DNA from: an uncultured Verrucomicrobiota bacterium
Lineage (GTDB): Bacteria > Verrucomicrobiota > Verrucomicrobiia > Limisphaerales > JAOAIM01
Length of the DNA stretch: 17,650 nucleotides
Assembly (NCBI GenBank): GCA_964465445.1
Contig: CAYXJB010000020.1
Span: 278 to 17,927 of the forward strand
Reading direction: 5' to 3'
The notes below the pieces were generated by a model. That model searched no databases. It was not told the DNA's origin and saw nothing but the letters and a program-made list of their open reading frames with translations. The position numbers and the translations under genes were made by a program. This document shows positions 15,498 through 17,650 of this stretch, one piece after another. How positions within the stretch are numbered: position 1 is the first letter of the stretch; the number at the start of each line of letters is the position of its first letter.

Positions 15498-16334
15498 TCA
15501 ACGGTCGAAGACGCGCGCCAGCCGCTCGATCAACGCCAGCTCCTGTTGCTTGGCTGCCGCGCGGCTGGTGTCGGGCCGGCGCTGGTCGCGCGCGCTGCCG
15601 TGCAGGTCGCGCACCCGCTCGTTGAAGAAAGGGCTGGGCAAAGCGGCGTCGCGGATTTCCTGCTGCAAGACCTCCCGCCAGTGCGGCAGGAACGCGCTCA
15701 GTGCCGCGACGTCCACCGGCTCGTAGGTTTCGACCAGCCGGAGCAGTTCGATCGTGTCCTGGAGCGGGAACGGTTGCTGGGCCAGGGCGGCGTCGAGCCA
15801 GGTCTGGAGAATCTCGAGGCAATTGTGTTGCGTCCAAATGGCCCGGCGGGCGATGGCCTTGAGCATCGGTCGGTCCGGTTCGGGCACGCGGGTCTGGATG
15901 CGCTCGAACAACGGGCGCGGAATGCTGCCGTCCAGGCGCAGGCGGTGCAGGTAGCGTTCCAACACCACCGGGCGCAGCGTCAGCTCCAGCGTGCGGCTTT
16001 CGGGCGTGATCAACCGGGCCAGGGTGGGGCGTTGGGCCAGTTGCTGAATCAGCTCCGGCCAGATGTCCCGGGCTACCGGTTCGGGCCCGAGCAGCTCGGC
16101 AAAAACGGCCTGATCGCGCAGGGTCGGCGTGAACAGCGGCGAGAGAATCAGCTCGACCTCGAAATCCTCCAGCGCGGGCATGCGCTCGATCAAAAACTCG
16201 GCCACGCGCGTGCGGTCCACGCCGTAGGTGGCGATGAGATGATTGAGCACCTGCGCGGTGATCGGGCGCGGGCGTTCCAGTTCCGTGGCGAGTTGTTCGA
16301 GCAAACTGGGCACGCGGGCAGTATCGGTCAGCAC
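15498..16334 (-). CDS. Hypothetical protein, about 278 aa, predicted all-helical and soluble, with no recognisable domain.
   Basis: The minus-strand ORF has a GTG start at 16334 (MLTDTARVPSLLEQL...), and the start is uncertain. Its composition is protein-like and diverse, with W/F/Y/H/Q/I present. The overlapping plus-strand ORF 15546-16544 and minus-strand ORF 15325-16926 are by contrast R/G/A/P-rich artefacts. It begins 42 bp downstream of the SBBP-repeat gene stop on the same strand, so the two are probably co-transcribed. Confidence 0.6.
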   Translation of the reverse strand: MLTDTARVPSLLEQLATELERPRPITAQVLNHLIATYGVDRTRVAEFLIERMPALEDFEVELILSPLFTPTLRDQAVFAELLGPEPVARDIWPELIQQLAQRPTLARLITPESRTLELTLRPVVLERYLHRLRLDGSIPRPLFERIQTRVPEPDRPMLKAIARRAIWTQHNCLEILQTWLDAALAQQPFPLQDTIELLRLVETYEPVDVAALSAFLPHWREVLQQEIRDAALPSPFFNERVRDLHGSARDQRRPDTSRAAAKQQELALIERLARVFDR

Positions 16335-16376
16335 GCCCGTCGGGCCAAGCGGTTTTCAATCGCGGCGCAGGGCGAC

Positions 16377-17650
16377 TCAGCGTTTGCGCAGGCGGAAGTG
16401 CAACAAACCGTTGGTCGCCGGCAGGGTGAGCACGTGCCGGCCCGCCGAGAGCGATGGAGCGATCGGAACGCTCTGCCAGCCGTTGGTCACATCCAGGTTG
16501 GTGTTCGATTCCACCGTGAATTCGGGCAAAAACGCCGGCCATGAGAGCACCACGTTGGGCGCGGCCGGGGCAAGCAGCAGCACCGGTTCGACGATGATCT
16601 TGGCCAGGAACGCGTCGTTGGTGCCGCCGAAGGTCGGCTGATACGGCGTGACGGTGGGGAAATTCGTCGAAGCGGTGCGCCCGACGAAGTACTCGTTGCC
16701 GGCGGCGTCGAGTTTGATCGCGTAACCGAAATCGTCGCGGTTGCCGCCCAGGTAGGCCGAGCGCACCAGGTTGGTGCCTTCGGGCCCGAGCACGGCCACA
16801 AACACGTCGGCACCGCCGGCGTTGGTCGCGCGCAGCAGGCCGTCGGTCGCCGCGACAGGGAAATTGGTCGAGAACGTCACGCCGATCAGATGCGCCCGGC
16901 CGGAGGCGTCGGCGGCGACGTCCCAAGCCTCGTCCCGCACCGTGCCGCCGAAGAGGACCGCGTAGGTCCAGTTGGTCGCCCCGGGCGCAAGGCGCGCCGC
17001 GAACACGTCTTCGATGGAAATGGTTGCGCTGACGCCGCGCGGCAGGTTGGTGTTGCCCGGCGGCGCGACAGGGAAGTCGGGTGAACGCGTCGAGCCGGCC
17101 AAAAACACGTTGGTGGCCGCGTCCAGCGCGACGCGGAACGCCACATCGTCGCGTCCGCCGCCCAGCAACGTCGAGCGCAGCAACTGACCGTCGGGACTCA
17201 CGATGCTCAGGAAGGCGTCGTTGCCGGCAAGCACGATGTTGGTATCGGCCAGCGGGTTGTTCAGGAAGGTTTGCAGCGCATTGGTGAGCGGGAAATTTGG
17301 CGAGGCGGTGAAGCCGACCACGTAGGCGTTGCCGGCGCCGTCGGCGACGATGCCCTCGCCGTTGTCCACGTTGGTCCCGCCCAGGAAGAACGAATAGACC
17401 AGGTTGGTGCCGCCCGGAACGAGCCTGGTCACGAACGCATCCCGCCCGCCGTTGTAATTGGTGCGCGCCCCGCCGGCGGTGGGAAAATTGGTCGAGTCGG
17501 TGAAACCGGTCACGTAGATGAAGCCGGCCGGGTCCAGCGCAATGCCGATGCCCTCGTCGTGCGAGTCGCCGCCCAGGTAGGTGGAAAAGAGCAGGCCCGA
17601 GCCGTTGGTGTTGAGCGCCGCGACGAATCCGTCCATCGGAAACACGCCGA
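16377..17650 (-). CDS. Beta-propeller repeat protein of the SBBP type. The C-terminal portion is in the window, and the N-terminus runs off the right edge (partial).
   Basis: There are at least six tandem repeats of about 45-50 aa with the SBBP signature [FY]LGG.......GIA.D..GN.YV.G.T.S.NFP...A. Examples: STYLGGDSHDEGIGIALDPAGFIYVTGFTDSTNFPTAGGA, SFFLGGTNVDNGEGIVADGAGNAYVVGFTASPNFPLTNA, SAYLGGNRDDFGYAIKLDAAGNEYFVGRTASTNFPTVTP. These are followed by a distinct roughly 70-aa C-terminal domain, ...NVVLSWPAFLPEFTVESNTNLDVTNGWQSVPIAPSLSAGRHVLTLPATNGLLHFRLRKR. The track's first Met at 17645 is almost certainly internal. Confidence 0.8.
   Translation of the reverse strand, partial: GVFPMDGFVAALNTNGSGLLFSTYLGGDSHDEGIGIALDPAGFIYVTGFTDSTNFPTAGGARTNYNGGRDAFVTRLVPGGTNLVYSFFLGGTNVDNGEGIVADGAGNAYVVGFTASPNFPLTNALQTFLNNPLADTNIVLAGNDAFLSIVSPDGQLLRSTLLGGGRDDVAFRVALDAATNVFLAGSTRSPDFPVAPPGNTNLPRGVSATISIEDVFAARLAPGATNWTYAVLFGGTVRDEAWDVAADASGRAHLIGVTFSTNFPVAATDGLLRATNAGGADVFVAVLGPEGTNLVRSAYLGGNRDDFGYAIKLDAAGNEYFVGRTASTNFPTVTPYQPTFGGTNDAFLAKIIVEPVLLLAPAAPNVVLSWPAFLPEFTVESNTNLDVTNGWQSVPIAPSLSAGRHVLTLPATNGLLHFRLRKR

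Noticed and set aside
1-17650. Mobile elements, CRISPR arrays, tRNA/rRNA, toxin-antitoxin or defence-system signatures
   Set aside because: I looked for Cas-like, transposase-like, integrase-like and nuclease-like translations, for regularly spaced direct repeats, and for tRNA-like cloverleaf GC-rich segments. None was found. All substantial ORFs are accounted for by the housekeeping, envelope and secreted-protein genes listed above.

Overview
This is a high-GC window (roughly 65-70% by eye), and its gene content points to a PVC-superphylum genome, probably Verrucomicrobiota. The supporting signs are SBBP-repeat and PQQ-like beta-propeller secreted proteins, a Tat-exported Gfo/Idh/MocA oxidoreductase next to a PmoA-family (DUF6807-like) protein, a short divergent GyrB/ParE-like subunit, and few Shine-Dalgarno motifs. 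The region is densely coding. Because third-codon positions are GC-rich, the antisense strand of real genes stays open for hundreds of codons, so several of the longest ORFs in the six-frame track are artefacts. The clearest of these is the 851-aa ORF at 78-2633, which is really a minus-strand PQQ-propeller gene followed by a plus-strand URO-D-family gene. I support 15 protein-coding genes, two of them truncated at the window edges. I found no rRNA, tRNA, CRISPR array or IS/transposase. The two loci most worth follow-up are these. First, a tightly spaced, same-strand four-gene cassette (4096-7336): nfeD-like, flotillin, a minimal PspC-domain protein, and a beta-class carbonic anhydrase with a proline-rich basic tail. 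Second, a four-gene plus-strand run (10910-15452): an orphan lipoprotein sugar-binding protein, a Skp/OmpH chaperone, a secreted PmoA-family protein, and a Tat-exported Gfo/Idh/MocA dehydrogenase. The last two genes overlap by ATGA and look translationally coupled, and the set could be an uncharacterised periplasmic sugar-oxidation module. Smaller oddities: a T9 homopolymer fused to a (CG)n palindrome in the promoter region of a GT4 glycosyltransferase, a lone URO-D/MtaA-like protein with no corrinoid partner, and an SBBP-repeat protein with an unusual C-terminal domain followed 42 bp later, on the same strand, by a hypothetical all-helical protein. All family assignments rest on reading motifs in the translations by eye. 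No database search was run.
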